Positions 27,934-37,977 of a DNA stretch of 64,000 nt are shown in pieces (the first letter of the stretch is position 1; each line of letters starts with the position of its first letter). The notes below the pieces were generated by a model. The model was not told the DNA's origin. It saw only the letters and a list, made by a program, of their open reading frames with translations, and ran no database searches. This DNA comes from Planctomycetota bacterium (GTDB taxonomy: Bacteria; Planctomycetota; UBA1135; UBA2386). The translations under genes and the position numbers were made by a program. The stretch lies in NCBI GenBank assembly GCA_965223545.1, contig OZ245006.1, positions 4,448,001 to 4,512,000 on the forward strand. The letters run 5' to 3'.

Positions 27934-28262
27934 GGGGCGTCGTCCCCGCGCTCGAGGCCCGTTTCTGTATCGGTTCCTTTTAGCATCAGGGTGTTCGCTG
28001 CGGCCACCGCCCGCGCGGCCGCCTCGGCAGCTGCCTGCGCCTGTTGGATCTGTCCCGCGGCCGCCACCAGGGCTTGCTCCGCGGTGATCTGCGTCGCGGG
28101 AGTGCCTGGCAGGGCGGCCGCCGCGGCGGTCGCCTGCGCTTGGTGGATTTGTCCCATCGCGGTCGCGAGTGCCTGCTGTGTGTTCGCCTGCGCCTCGCGC
28201 AACGTGTTGGCCATCTCTTGCATGAGAGCAATCGGGTCGAGGGGTGCTTGTTCGCTGGGCAT
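27930..28262 (-). CDS. Small Ala/Gln-rich helical protein with internal duplication
   Basis: GGAGG RBS. Repeats QALATAMGQIHQAQATAAAAA and QALVAAAGQIQQAQAAAEAAA. Stop is coupled to the tail-collar gene start. Confidence 0.7.
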   Translation of the reverse strand: MPSEQAPLDPIALMQEMANTLREAQANTQQALATAMGQIHQAQATAAAAALPGTPATQITAEQALVAAAGQIQQAQAAAEAAARAVAAANTLMLKGTDTETGLERGDDAP

Positions 28263-28386
28263 CGGGTCCTCCGTCTGGAGGAGAAGGCGCGCGAGCGTAC
28301 GGCCTCACGCCCTGTCACACCACAGCGTTGCGCGGTAGAGAACCACCCGCCCGCGCGTCCCTTCTGCAATTGCTTCCGTACCATCT

Positions 28387-29921
28387 TCACCAGAGTGCGG
28401 CCCGCGGCGCGCTGCGGTCCTGCTCGCGCAACCGGAGCAACAGAGAGCGCATGTCTGCCACGACTTCGGGATGCTCGGCGCACACGTTGTTCTGCTGACT
28501 CGGATCCCTCGCGAGGTCGTAGAGCGCGTGCGGGTGTGGATTCGCGGAAGTCTCTTGTGTCGGCAGGTACCACTCGGGGACTCGCGTGTGCGCGCCGTCC
28601 CGGGCGTCGAGATACAGCCAGTCGCCACGGCGTACGGCCCACGTGTCGGCGAATGTGTTGTGCACGAGGTGTGGCCGCACGGCACCGGTCTCGCCCCGCC
28701 AATGCCGCAGTAGGTCGAAGCTGTCCTCGGCGGCGTCCGCCGGCAGCCGAAAGCCGACGATGCCCGCCAACGTCGCCATCAGGTCGGTTTGGCAGATCAG
28801 CGCGTTGCTGGTCGTGCCCGTGCGCACTACGCCTGGCCAACGGACCAAGAATGGCACGCGGTGGCCGCCCTCGAACACGTCGCGTTTCAGGCCACGGAGG
28901 TGGCCCATGCTGCGATGGCCGAAGCGGCGGACTCGCTCGTACGCGTAGTGTTCCGGACCGTTGTCGGAAGTGAACACGACAATCGTGTTCTCGGAGGCGC
29001 CGATTGACTCGAGCGCGCGCAGCACCGCGCCGACCGCGGCATCGGTCTGGGCGACGAAGTCGCCGTAAGGGCCGGCCGCGCTGGTGCCAGCAAAGTCTGC
29101 GGTGGGCACGATCGGCGTGTGCGGGGCGGTGAACGGAAGGTAGAGGAAGAACGGGCGGCGATCGCCCTTGCGCTCGTGCAACCAGGCCACGGCGCGCCGG
29201 GTCAACTCGGGCATCACGGCGTCGAGCCGCCAGCCGCGCGCCATCGGTCCCGGCCGGCATTCGGCCGACCCTTCTGTTGGTTGTGGCGCGACGGCCAGCG
29301 ATTCGGTGGGCGCGACCACGACCCGGTCGTCCTCGATCCACGTGTAGGGCGGGAAGTTCGGCACGTCGTCACCGAAGTAGTGATCGAAGCCGTGCGCCAG
29401 GGGGCCGCCCGGGATTGGGCGGTTCCAGTCGAACGCTTCGGCGGCGAAGCCGCGACCGGGCAGTGGCTCCGCGTCGGCGCGCCGGATCGCGGTCCAGTCC
29501 CAACCGAGATGCCACTTGCCGATGCACGCCGTGCGATATCCGCGCGCCTGCAGCATCTCGGCCAGCGTGAGCCGTTCTGGATCGAACACCGAGCCGCCGA
29601 ACGGTCTGACGATCCCGTGGAACTTGCGCCAGTGGTGTCTGCCCGTGAGGAGGGCGTAGCGGCTCGGTGTGCAGATCCCCGAGGAGCTGTGCGCGTCGAC
29701 GCACCGCATTCCCTGGCGGGCGAGTGCATCGATGTGCGGGGTGGGGATCTTCGAGGTCGGCGCGTAGCAGCCGAGGTCGCCGTAGCCGAGGTCGTCGGCG
29801 TAGAGCACGACGATGTTTGGTCGACCCGGCGTCGTTGGTCCGCGACCCCGCAGGAAGCGAGGGCGAATCCCAGCGCGACGGCCAGTATGCGTCCTCGACC
29901 GTGACTGCGACGTTCGATCAC
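28387..29921 (-). pseudogene. Arylsulfatase, apparently frameshifted near the N-terminus
   Basis: PNIVVLYADDLGYGD, CTPSRYALLTG, GKWHLG, SDNG. The lipoprotein signal (ILAVALGFALASC) is in a different frame from the catalytic domain. Confidence 0.7.
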
Positions 29922-29946
29922 GGACCGATAGACTATCCGACCCACC

Positions 29947-30906
29947 ATGGACGAGGTCGCGATCACCGCCGATGACGATGGCATCCGGCTCGACCGCTGG
30001 TTTCGTCGCCATCGGCCGGAGGTGAAGCACGGCGAATTGCAGCGCATGTTGCGCACCAAGCTGGTGCGCGTCGACGGGGAGCGGGCGGAGGCGGGCACCC
30101 GGCTGTCGGCGGGGCAGACGCTGCGGTTACCGCCGCGCCTGGTGTCCACGCGAGCGCCGCGCGCGGCGGCGCGCCACGGTCAGCACGCGCTCTCCGTCCT
30201 CGTGGAAGACGCCGAGATCATGGTTGTCGACAAGCCCCGCGGCATCGCGGTGCAGGGTGGCACCGGCGTGCAGCAGTGTCTCGTCGACGCGCTGCCCCCC
30301 GGCGCGCACCCGGTGCACCGCCTCGATCGGCACACCTCGGGCGCGCTGTTGGTCGCGAAGACACCGGCGGCGCGGGCCCATCTGTCCGCGGAGCTGCGCG
30401 CGCAGCGCGTGCGCAAGGTGTATCTCGCGTTGTTGGTCGGTGTGCCCGATCCACCGGAGGGGGTCATCGACTTGCCCCTGGCAGTCAGTGGCGAGGTCGA
30501 GCGGACGCAACCAGATCCCGACGGCCGGCCGGCGCGGACGCGGTTCCGGGTCTTTGCCGCTGCCGCCGATCCAGGGTGGGCGTGGGTGCTGCTGAGTCCG
30601 TTGACCGGGCGCAAGCATCAGCTGCGCGCGCACCTGGCCGCGCGCGGCTGGCCCGTGGCGGCGGACGGTAAGTACGGCGGCGCCCGGGCGCACCGATTGG
30701 CTGGGGTGGTGGGACGCGATCTGCTGTTGCACGCGTGGCAGATCGGCTGGACGGATCGGCACGGGTCTGAGCGCGTGGCGGTTGCGCCGTTGCCAGCGCA
30801 CATCCGGCGCGCGGCGGCCGCGACGGCGCTCGACGAGGAGGCGGCGCGTGCGGCGGCCGACACCTGGGTGCGGCCACCGGGGATCGCGGACTCCGATCGC
30901 GATTGA
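29947..30906 (+). CDS. RluA family pseudouridine synthase with S4 domain (RluC-like)
   Basis: RLDRWF S4 start, DKPRGIAVQGG, HRLDRHTSG, TGRKHQLRAH, LLHAW. Confidence 0.92.
   Translation: MDEVAITADDDGIRLDRWFRRHRPEVKHGELQRMLRTKLVRVDGERAEAGTRLSAGQTLRLPPRLVSTRAPRAAARHGQHALSVLVEDAEIMVVDKPRGIAVQGGTGVQQCLVDALPPGAHPVHRLDRHTSGALLVAKTPAARAHLSAELRAQRVRKVYLALLVGVPDPPEGVIDLPLAVSGEVERTQPDPDGRPARTRFRVFAAAADPGWAWVLLSPLTGRKHQLRAHLAARGWPVAADGKYGGARAHRLAGVVGRDLLLHAWQIGWTDRHGSERVAVAPLPAHIRRAAAATALDEEAARAAADTWVRPPGIADSDRD
30744..30901 (+). repeat. Left copy of 158-bp direct repeat (attL-like)
   Basis: Matches 37819-37976 with 3 mismatches. Confidence 0.95.
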
Positions 30907-30916
30907 TCTGCGGGCT

Positions 30917-33163
30917 CTACTGGATCGTGATCTTGATGGCCGTCGACAGGTCGAGTCCCGAGGCACAAGCCGCTCCGCCCGTGACCGCCCACTGCAGGTA
31001 CAGCGATTGCCCGACCAGCACCGGATTCGGTGGAATGGCAAGCGGAAGCAGCGCATTCCCATCGCTATCCGTAGTCGCGGGGCTCGCCACCGCGGTGCTC
31101 GTGTCTACGTGGACCACGCACGGACCGCACGCGAACGCGGCAGACTGCGCTGCGACCAACGCGGCGACGACCCTTTGCGGGCGCCCGTCACGCAGGCGGA
31201 GCGCGAACCCGTTGTTTCCATTGCGGACGCACGCCGCGGTCGCCCAGCCGCCGCGCCCACAGCCACCGCCGACTTGTTCGACCACACCGTCGTCGGAGCG
31301 GAACAATCGGATCGTGCGCTCGTTGGCGACGACGAGGGCCTGCTCGCTTCCGCCGCTTGCCGGTAGCCGCCCGACGGCAGTCGGTGTTCTTGCGGTTCGA
31401 GGTGAGTGCGATTGGACGAGGAACGGGCCCTCGCAGGGCGCGCAGTTGAATGGGTCAACCGAGACCAGCTGTGCGTTGTCGCCTCCGTCCAGATAGCCGA
31501 TCAAGAACGAGCCGTCCATGAATGCCACAGAAGCGACCGGAGTTTCGAGAGCACCGCGAAGGCACGCATCCGGTTGGGGGGGTGTTACCGTGCCCAAGAC
31601 GTGCTCGCGACCAAAGCGCAGCGTTTGCGCCGTCGAGGTCCACTGCGCTGAACGAAAGACGAGTTCGCCCGTCGGCGAGAGATATGTCAGCAGCCAATGC
31701 CTGCCGTCGCCAGCCACTTCGATGCGGCTTCCAGTAGTACCTCCGGGGCCGACGGGTCCACGATAGAGCAGCTGCATCGATCGATCGACGACCGCACACT
31801 GCAGCTGGCCCTGGTACCTCCAAGCGACCAGGTGGCGTTGTCCGATCCCGTCGGATTTTGAGATAGAGATTCCCGCCCCGAGGTCGACCGAGCCCAGTGT
31901 GACGGTTCTCGCGTAGGTCGCCGCTCCAGCAGCGTCGACCAGAAACTGATCCACGCGGGCAACGGGCAGGGCGGGATCGGTGATTACCGTGTACGCCACG
32001 GTCGCGGCGTTACCGGCGCCGTCGGTGGTTCCGCCGATGTCTACGACCTCGACGAGGTCGCCGGGCGCGGGCCAGAATCCCGGACGGATCTCACCGGTCC
32101 CCGAGTCGCCTTTGAGCACCGAGCCGTTGACGGATGCCCAGTAGTAGGGGGTCATGGGAAGCATCAGGCCCATTGGACTCACGGTCACGAAGTAGCCGGA
32201 GCCTGATACGTGCGCGATCTGTGGCAGAAGATCCCTGGTCCCTCCCCCGTTCCCCAATCGTAGCTGGAACCCCGAAAACGACGCCGTGATAGGATCGAAG
32301 TAGCGTGCCCAGCTGATCAAAGATGGTCCGGACGAGTAAAAGTTCGTGCACTCGTTCCAGGCGATGCAATAGCGCTGCGATGGCGCGTTCGCGGCGATAT
32401 CGAACGTCTGCCCGAAGTAGCCAGGCGAAACGGGAGTGCCGACCGGGCCGCTGATCAGGGGGTCCACGACCAACGGTAGGAGTGGTTCGGTGAGCGCGGA
32501 ATCGTCTACCCGAATGACGAATCCCTCTTGGTCGAACTCGATGGTGCTCGGAACATCGTCACCCCGAGCGTCGTACGCCAGCACGCCGCCAATTCGCAAG
32601 AAGGGCCCCGTCACGCCACCGAACCGGATCCCATCCGGCTCGGGGGTCCCGGGTGCGTTCGCCGCAGCCCGCATTCGGATGACGAGGTCACCCGATCCTT
32701 CAGGAAGTCTATTGAAGACGAAGCTCTGCTTGACGCCTTCGTGCCGCAGTTCGTAGGTCTCTTCGCACAAGTTTCGATCGTACACCACCGTTGCCTCGTC
32801 CCTGAGGAATGGCATGCTGGGTGCCGCGCTGGACCAGGTACCGTCAGTGCGTCCGATTCCACCGAAAACTAGGGTTATTCGGCGGCAGTCGTCTGCCCCG
32901 GGGGTCACGACGATGACGGACTCTTTGCCGAACCGCGCGCGTAAGCCGGGGCACATGGCGTAAACCGCGTCTCTGGCCCAAGATGCTGCTGGTGAATCGA
33001 GGTCGACCGCAACAAGTGACGAATACGCAGAACCTTGTTGTGCGGTCGCTGGGCGTTGCCCAATGCCGATTAAGAAAACAGACAGAGCGCAGAAAATCTG
33101 TAAGCGAGAGCCTCTGGCCACTGGCTGTGGGATCCTTGCAACGGTGCTACGGGTGGTCGACAT
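30917..33163 (-). CDS. Large secreted protein with shared C-terminal module
   Basis: Signal-like N-terminus, EETYELRHEGVKQSFVF...VVDP N-domain, C-terminal GGGC...LAIPPNPVLVGQSLYLQW...LS.AIKITIQ. Start uncertain. Confidence 0.7.
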   Translation of the reverse strand: MSTTRSTVARIPQPVARGSRLQIFCALSVFLIGIGQRPATAQQGSAYSSLVAVDLDSPAASWARDAVYAMCPGLRARFGKESVIVVTPGADDCRRITLVFGGIGRTDGTWSSAAPSMPFLRDEATVVYDRNLCEETYELRHEGVKQSFVFNRLPEGSGDLVIRMRAAANAPGTPEPDGIRFGGVTGPFLRIGGVLAYDARGDDVPSTIEFDQEGFVIRVDDSALTEPLLPLVVDPLISGPVGTPVSPGYFGQTFDIAANAPSQRYCIAWNECTNFYSSGPSLISWARYFDPITASFSGFQLRLGNGGGTRDLLPQIAHVSGSGYFVTVSPMGLMLPMTPYYWASVNGSVLKGDSGTGEIRPGFWPAPGDLVEVVDIGGTTDGAGNAATVAYTVITDPALPVARVDQFLVDAAGAATYARTVTLGSVDLGAGISISKSDGIGQRHLVAWRYQGQLQCAVVDRSMQLLYRGPVGPGGTTGSRIEVAGDGRHWLLTYLSPTGELVFRSAQWTSTAQTLRFGREHVLGTVTPPQPDACLRGALETPVASVAFMDGSFLIGYLDGGDNAQLVSVDPFNCAPCEGPFLVQSHSPRTARTPTAVGRLPASGGSEQALVVANERTIRLFRSDDGVVEQVGGGCGRGGWATAACVRNGNNGFALRLRDGRPQRVVAALVAAQSAAFACGPCVVHVDTSTAVASPATTDSDGNALLPLAIPPNPVLVGQSLYLQWAVTGGAACASGLDLSTAIKITIQ

Positions 33164-34363
33164 TGATAAAGGTCCTTGCAATGTTTGCTTCGGCGATAGG
33201 AGGGCCGTTCAAGTTGGTTGGCGTGAAAGCTGTTGCCTGAACAAGGCACACATTCCTAACTTTGAGTGGAACGTCCCCTGGAAACAGAAACGGTGGGTCT
33301 CCTGTGGGTGACGCACTTGGACCCAGCCAAACCCTCCAAGTGTTCTGGGGCGGGAGTAGGGTTGCGCTTCGAAGACAAGTGAGACCACCTTCGGCTCCTG
33401 CGAGAATCTCAACCTCAACCCGCTCAATCCCGTCGAAGTTGCTACAGCCCACTGCCGGGTCGGCAGCCGTCACGGTGATGTCAATGTATCCGCCTGTCAA
33501 GAGAGCGTTGGGGGCGGAAGGTGCGGCAGGCGTCGCGGAGACACTCACTTGGGGGATGTGATCTGTTGACTGCAACGCGGTCGGATCGTAGGTGACTGCA
33601 ACCGCATATGTCCCCGTTGCAGGCGTGATTCCGAGGGCAGCGATCGTTATGCCGCCAGAATACTCGGGAAACGGGTCAGACAATGTTTCGCCAGTGTCCA
33701 GGGTCGCGTCTTCGTGATCGAAGAGGCTGACAATATCGTCGCCAAACAATAGTGAGGCTGTCCGGTTTCCGGCCCGCAGCTTGTTGCCCAGAGACACGCA
33801 CACGCCGGAATCCGCTTGATGTGGGGGCGCCAACAGTGGCTCCATAGTTCTCCAAAACACCCAGTACGATTCCGCTGCAATGATGGGGTCGTTCGGAAAG
33901 CAGCGGCGCTTCACTGAGATAGACACACGGCGCCGCGGAATCTCGATCGCATGAAATGTCTGAGGAGGCGCCATCGCCGGATCGCTCTCGTAGGGACGCA
34001 ACTCAACTGTTCTGGTGACAGGCCCAGTGGCACCGGCGACTGGCCCCATCGTGATGACGTCAAGATCAGATAGCCACCCCTGCTGCAGCTTGCGGACTGG
34101 ACCGACATGGGTATCAATTCGCGCCGGGAAATAACCTAGTCCGCTCGGGCCGTATGCGCTGTCGACACGCGGCTGCGTCGCAGAATTGGCAAAGCCACCC
34201 ACTTGAAACCCCATGTAATCGTACAGGTCAGCATACACGCAGCTGCCCTGGAATGCTGTCCGCGGCAATGGCCCGCACATTGTGTACGTGTTCTGGGATG
34301 GATCATATGACAACACTGGGGGTGAGCCGCCACAAGGACCGGGCACTCCAATGCCCATACAAG
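33147..34363 (-). pseudogene. 3' part of IS-interrupted M11-like metallopeptidase
   Basis: YADLYDYMG Met-turn-like motif. Joins 35986-36610 in frame once the IS and one target duplication are removed. Confidence 0.75.
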
Positions 34364-34371
34364 TCGTCGGG

Positions 34372-35985
34372 GGGTGTGGATCCGCTATTGAGCAACTCGA
34401 TCATGCGGCCACCTTCACGGCGGTACGTCGGGTTTCGTGGAGCTTGTGCATCGCTTGATCCCAACGGTCGCTGAGCGGCAGAGCACGCAGGCGGAGGACG
34501 TGTTCGCCGGTCGTCGACTTCCAGCGCGATCCGGCGCGTTTCATACGCACGGCCACGAGTGTCTTGCAGGTGGCCTCGACAGCTCCGCTGCCAATTGGCA
34601 GACCAAGGCGCAGCGATCTGGCGAACCGCATGCGCTCGGCGTGGTTTTCGAAATAGGTGATGGCCTCATGGACGGGCCGCTTCGAGTCCCGCCAAGTATC
34701 CTCGAGGCCGGAACCGCGCAGTTCGGCGCGGATCTCTTCGGCTGCGCTGTTCGCGCAGCGCAATCGAACGCGCCAACGGTGCAACTCCGACTTGGCGCCG
34801 TCTGCACCGAAGATCACCTCGGCGGCCGGCGCCAGCTTCTCGACCACGTGCCAGAAGTCGATGCCTTGCTCGACGTTGCCGAACACCGCGGCGGGGAAGT
34901 GAGTGTGGAGCAGGTTGCACATCTCGTGGGCACCGTCGGACAGCAGCTTCACTCGCAGGTCCGGGCTCTTCTGCAACAGCCTGTACGCCTCGCCGGCGAT
35001 CTGAGCGAACCACAGGTCGACGTCGCTTTCCGGCATGCACCCGTACCGGAGCGTGTGCAGGCTCGCCCCTTCGGCGTCGTGCAAAGTGATCGTTGCGCAG
35101 TAGGCCATCCGGAAGTTCCGGTCTACGGGCCGCTTTGGCGCGTCCTTGCGCGGTCGGCCCGCCCGACGCTTCGCGGCCTCTTCCATCGGCACGGACACGC
35201 GGTCGACTGCCACGCTCATGGCGACGGCTTCCGCTGGCACGTCGAACTCCTGCGTGAGCATGTCCTCGATGTCCGCGTGTTCGCGAAGCCAGTGCTCGCC
35301 GACATGGTGCGCGACGCGCTCGAAGCTGGCCCGCGAATAGGGAAACCGACCTGTCTGGCGGGCAGCATCCGCCGCATCGCGCGACGGGCCGCGCTGAATG
35401 TCGTTCGCCATGCACTGGGCGGTGAGAGGAAGCCAACCGCGGCCGTAGGCACCGGTTCGCAGCTTGATCGGGTCGAGGATCGGTCCGTTGCGCACGCCGA
35501 CTTGGCGATAGACGGTGCGCTCGACTTTGACCTCGCCCGCCATCGTGAAGTACGTGCCCGGCGTGCGCCGGAAACTGGCGTAGAGAGCGCCTCGGACCCG
35601 GATCCGTGGCGCGTCGACGTCGAGGGCGCGAAGCACCTCCGCGTGCGCTGCCCGCTCGACCGCGGCGGTCTGCTTGGCGATCGCCCTCTCCGTGTCCGCG
35701 TAGTCCACCGCGTGACCGCCGCGGCTCGACACCGCCGCCGCCACCGTTGCGTCGACCAGGCTCTGCATCGACTCGGCGAGCCCCTTGTGCTCAACTGGCA
35801 CCTTCACGAGGACGTACCCTCGTGAAGCGCCCCTCCCAGGACGCTGGTGTTGCATCCTGTATCCGATAGGGAGGGGCGCATGCTTGTACAAGTGTCTTCT
35901 ACACAAATACTTGCGGCGAGCCAGCCTGCGACCACCAGATCTCGGGTGCGATCACGCTGCTCCGCTCAATGCCGGAGCCACACCC
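34372..35985 (-). mobile_element. Complete IS element, ISKra4/ISLre2-like
   Basis: 22-bp TIR GGGTGTGG(A/C)TCCG(CT/GC)ATTGAGC; 8-bp TSD TCGTCGGG at 34364-34371 and 35986-35993. Confidence 0.92.
34401..35855 (-). CDS. DDE transposase (ISKra4/UPF0236-like)
   Basis: VAVDRV, LSDGA, DFWHVVEKL, LPIGSGAVEATCK...RMKRAGSRW. Start uncertain. Confidence 0.88.
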   Translation of the reverse strand: MQHQRPGRGASRGYVLVKVPVEHKGLAESMQSLVDATVAAAVSSRGGHAVDYADTERAIAKQTAAVERAAHAEVLRALDVDAPRIRVRGALYASFRRTPGTYFTMAGEVKVERTVYRQVGVRNGPILDPIKLRTGAYGRGWLPLTAQCMANDIQRGPSRDAADAARQTGRFPYSRASFERVAHHVGEHWLREHADIEDMLTQEFDVPAEAVAMSVAVDRVSVPMEEAAKRRAGRPRKDAPKRPVDRNFRMAYCATITLHDAEGASLHTLRYGCMPESDVDLWFAQIAGEAYRLLQKSPDLRVKLLSDGAHEMCNLLHTHFPAAVFGNVEQGIDFWHVVEKLAPAAEVIFGADGAKSELHRWRVRLRCANSAAEEIRAELRGSGLEDTWRDSKRPVHEAITYFENHAERMRFARSLRLGLPIGSGAVEATCKTLVAVRMKRAGSRWKSTTGEHVLRLRALPLSDRWDQAMHKLHETRRTAVKVAA

Positions 35986-36610
35986 TCGTCGGGTAGCAGG
36001 CAGCATTGCTTCCAGATGTCGGACAGGCTCCCGTGTACGGGAACGCGTTCGCGTGCGCGGCCAGGAAAGTGTGACCCCATTCATGAAAGGGCCCGAGGAC
36101 TCTTCCCCCGTTTGCAGACACCCAGGCGAAGGCGCCAATATTGGTGGGGCCCGCGAAGTTCTTAAGTAGCTTGGAAGAGTACACGGCGACCAGATCAAAC
36201 GTCGTCAAGTCAATTGGAGGACTGGCGCTTGCTGCGGCAGAAATAACGTCTGATATCACGACTATGCCGCGATCGTGATGCGGATGGGCCGCGAGGTACG
36301 TCTGGTAATAGTTGACCGAGTTGGGTAGCACTACGTCCACATAACTTGCTACCGACAGCGAGTACTTGCCCCATGAGTTGCTTTGCGCAAGGCCTGGCAG
36401 CTCTTGTTCGATCTCTTGAATTTCTGCAACGGAGGGCGTGAACGAGGGTTCATCGCTGGCGCGTACGCGGGCAATGATTGCGCTATGGACGAGCTGTCCA
36501 GAGCTGGCGACGCGCGATGGTCTGTTGCCATCTGGCAAGGTAGGACAGCGTGGTGGCCACTGTGGAGTGGCTACAAGAAGGAGCACGGCGGAAGGTAGAA
36601 TCGCAAACAT
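35986..36610 (-). pseudogene. 5' part of IS-interrupted secreted M11-like metallopeptidase
   Basis: Signal peptide, NSWGK, HEWGHTFLAAHAN zinc motif. Confidence 0.75.
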
Positions 36611-36959
36611 GTCAACCAGGCTCGGGAGGAGCAAGAAAACGTGCCGTCGGAAGGGGACTCGTACCGACGATGTACGATATCGGTGGGCCACGTGCTGTCA
36701 AGGGGGGCGACGCGGGTCGACGGTGTTGCGGTGCAAGCACAATGGCGGGGATCGAGCGTTCCGGTTGCACGTTCCGTGTCAGCGGGATCGGCGACGGAGA
36801 CGCGCTGACGAGGGCGAAGATCGGCGGGCTTGATCGCCGGGTCGCATCCGCGAAGTAGGATCCGCGGCCAGCTCCTTCCTCCCGCCAAGAGAGAAGCCCA
36901 CGGTGGTGGATCACCGTGGGCCTCGCACTTCGTGCCGCCATCTGGATTAGTAAGCCGGG

Positions 36960-37350
36960 TCGGCGACACGCCGCTGATAGCACACTCACCATCGAGCATC
37001 GTGCCGCTAGATCTCTGGATCCGATGGTGCTCGATCTCGTCACCAGACCAAGCGACGACGCGATCGCGTTGCGAGCCCGGCCTGGTGACGCCGACGGCCA
37101 TTCCAACCAGCGGCCCGATCTCGGTGCCCGCGTCCTCGAAGTGCTTACCCGAGCGCGTGAGCCGCTGTCGCGCAGTGCGCTGCGCGAGCGGCTTCGCGTG
37201 AACAACAAGCGGCTCGGCGATGCTCTTGCGGAGCTCGCCGGCGCCAACCTCGTCACGCACCCCGGCGCCGGGTGGTCGCCGGTGTGCGTCGAGATGAGTC
37301 CTGGTGAAACGGAGGCAGGCTCTGCAGAGGTGCATCCTGCCAAGGGATAG
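36960..37350 (+). pseudogene. C-terminal fragment resembling AAA/RecA-like ATPases of integrative elements (winged-helix tail)
   Basis: LTIEHRAA...RVLEVL...PLSRSALRERLRVNNKRLGDAL...GW. No Walker motifs remain. Recognised from memory only. Confidence 0.45.
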
Positions 37351-37518
37351 CCAGGCCGACGGGCGCAACGATGTTGCCGAGAAGCCCTCGGCGGTCGAAG
37401 GCCGTTCGAGGGCTTCCTTTTGTACCGGGGCGCTCACGCACATCGGACACCCCGAGGCCATGCCTCACAAAACCTCGGGGCGAAGCCCCGTCCTCGGTGA
37501 CCGACGGACTGCGTTGAC

Positions 37519-37562
37519 CGTTCCGTTCCGGTGATCCCCAGCGGGCGCGCCGGAACGGAACG
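37519..37562. repeat. 13-bp perfect inverted repeat built from GGAAC units
   Basis: CGTTCCGTTCCGG-N18-CCGGAACGGAACG. Confidence 0.8.
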
Positions 37563-37818
37563 CGGAACGGTGTCGGTGGCTGGGCTTCGCTGCCAACTTC
37601 AGTGAAACGAGATGCGGCCTTGGGCTTGCACCGCAACAGGCGGGCGGTCCTGAAGGCTCTCCGAGAACCCTTGAACCGCTTCAAGCTTCGAGTTGACAAA
37701 TGAATCATGTGGCGAATTGAGTCAAACCGCTGCTGCCGGCTGATCATGCCAAACTGATCATTAATGGCCTCGTCCACCGTGTGGAGTTTCTCTTTGAGCG
37801 TTGATTGAGTGCTTCGTG

Positions 37819-37976
37819 CGGCTGGGCGGATCGGCACGGGCCTGAGCGCGTGGCGGTTGCGCCGTTGCCGGCGCACATCCGGCGCGCGGCGGCCGCGACG
37901 GCGCTCGACGAGGAGGCGGCGCGTGCGGCGGCCGACACCTGGGTGCGGCCACCGGGGATCGCGGACTCCGATCGCG
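37819..37976 (+). repeat. Right copy of 158-bp direct repeat (displaced original RluA-gene 3' end)
   Basis: Ends GATCGCGTATGA; the in-frame TGA overlaps the ATG of the next gene. Confidence 0.95.
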
Positions 37977-37977
37977 T

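Larger units (their letters stand above)
30744..37976. mobile_element. Degenerate genomic island inserted in the 3' end of the RluA-family gene
   Basis: 158-bp flanking direct repeats, visibly lower GC, internal IS and gene fragments. No integrase seen. Confidence 0.8.

Noticed and set aside
21476..28262. RiPP cluster using the rSAM/SPASM enzyme and the Ala/Gln-rich protein as precursor
   Set aside because: No RRE/PqqD domain, peptidase or exporter; the small protein is separated by a MITE and coupled to another gene.
37693..37725. TTGACA as a sigma70 promoter
   Set aside because: No convincing -10 box at the proper spacing.
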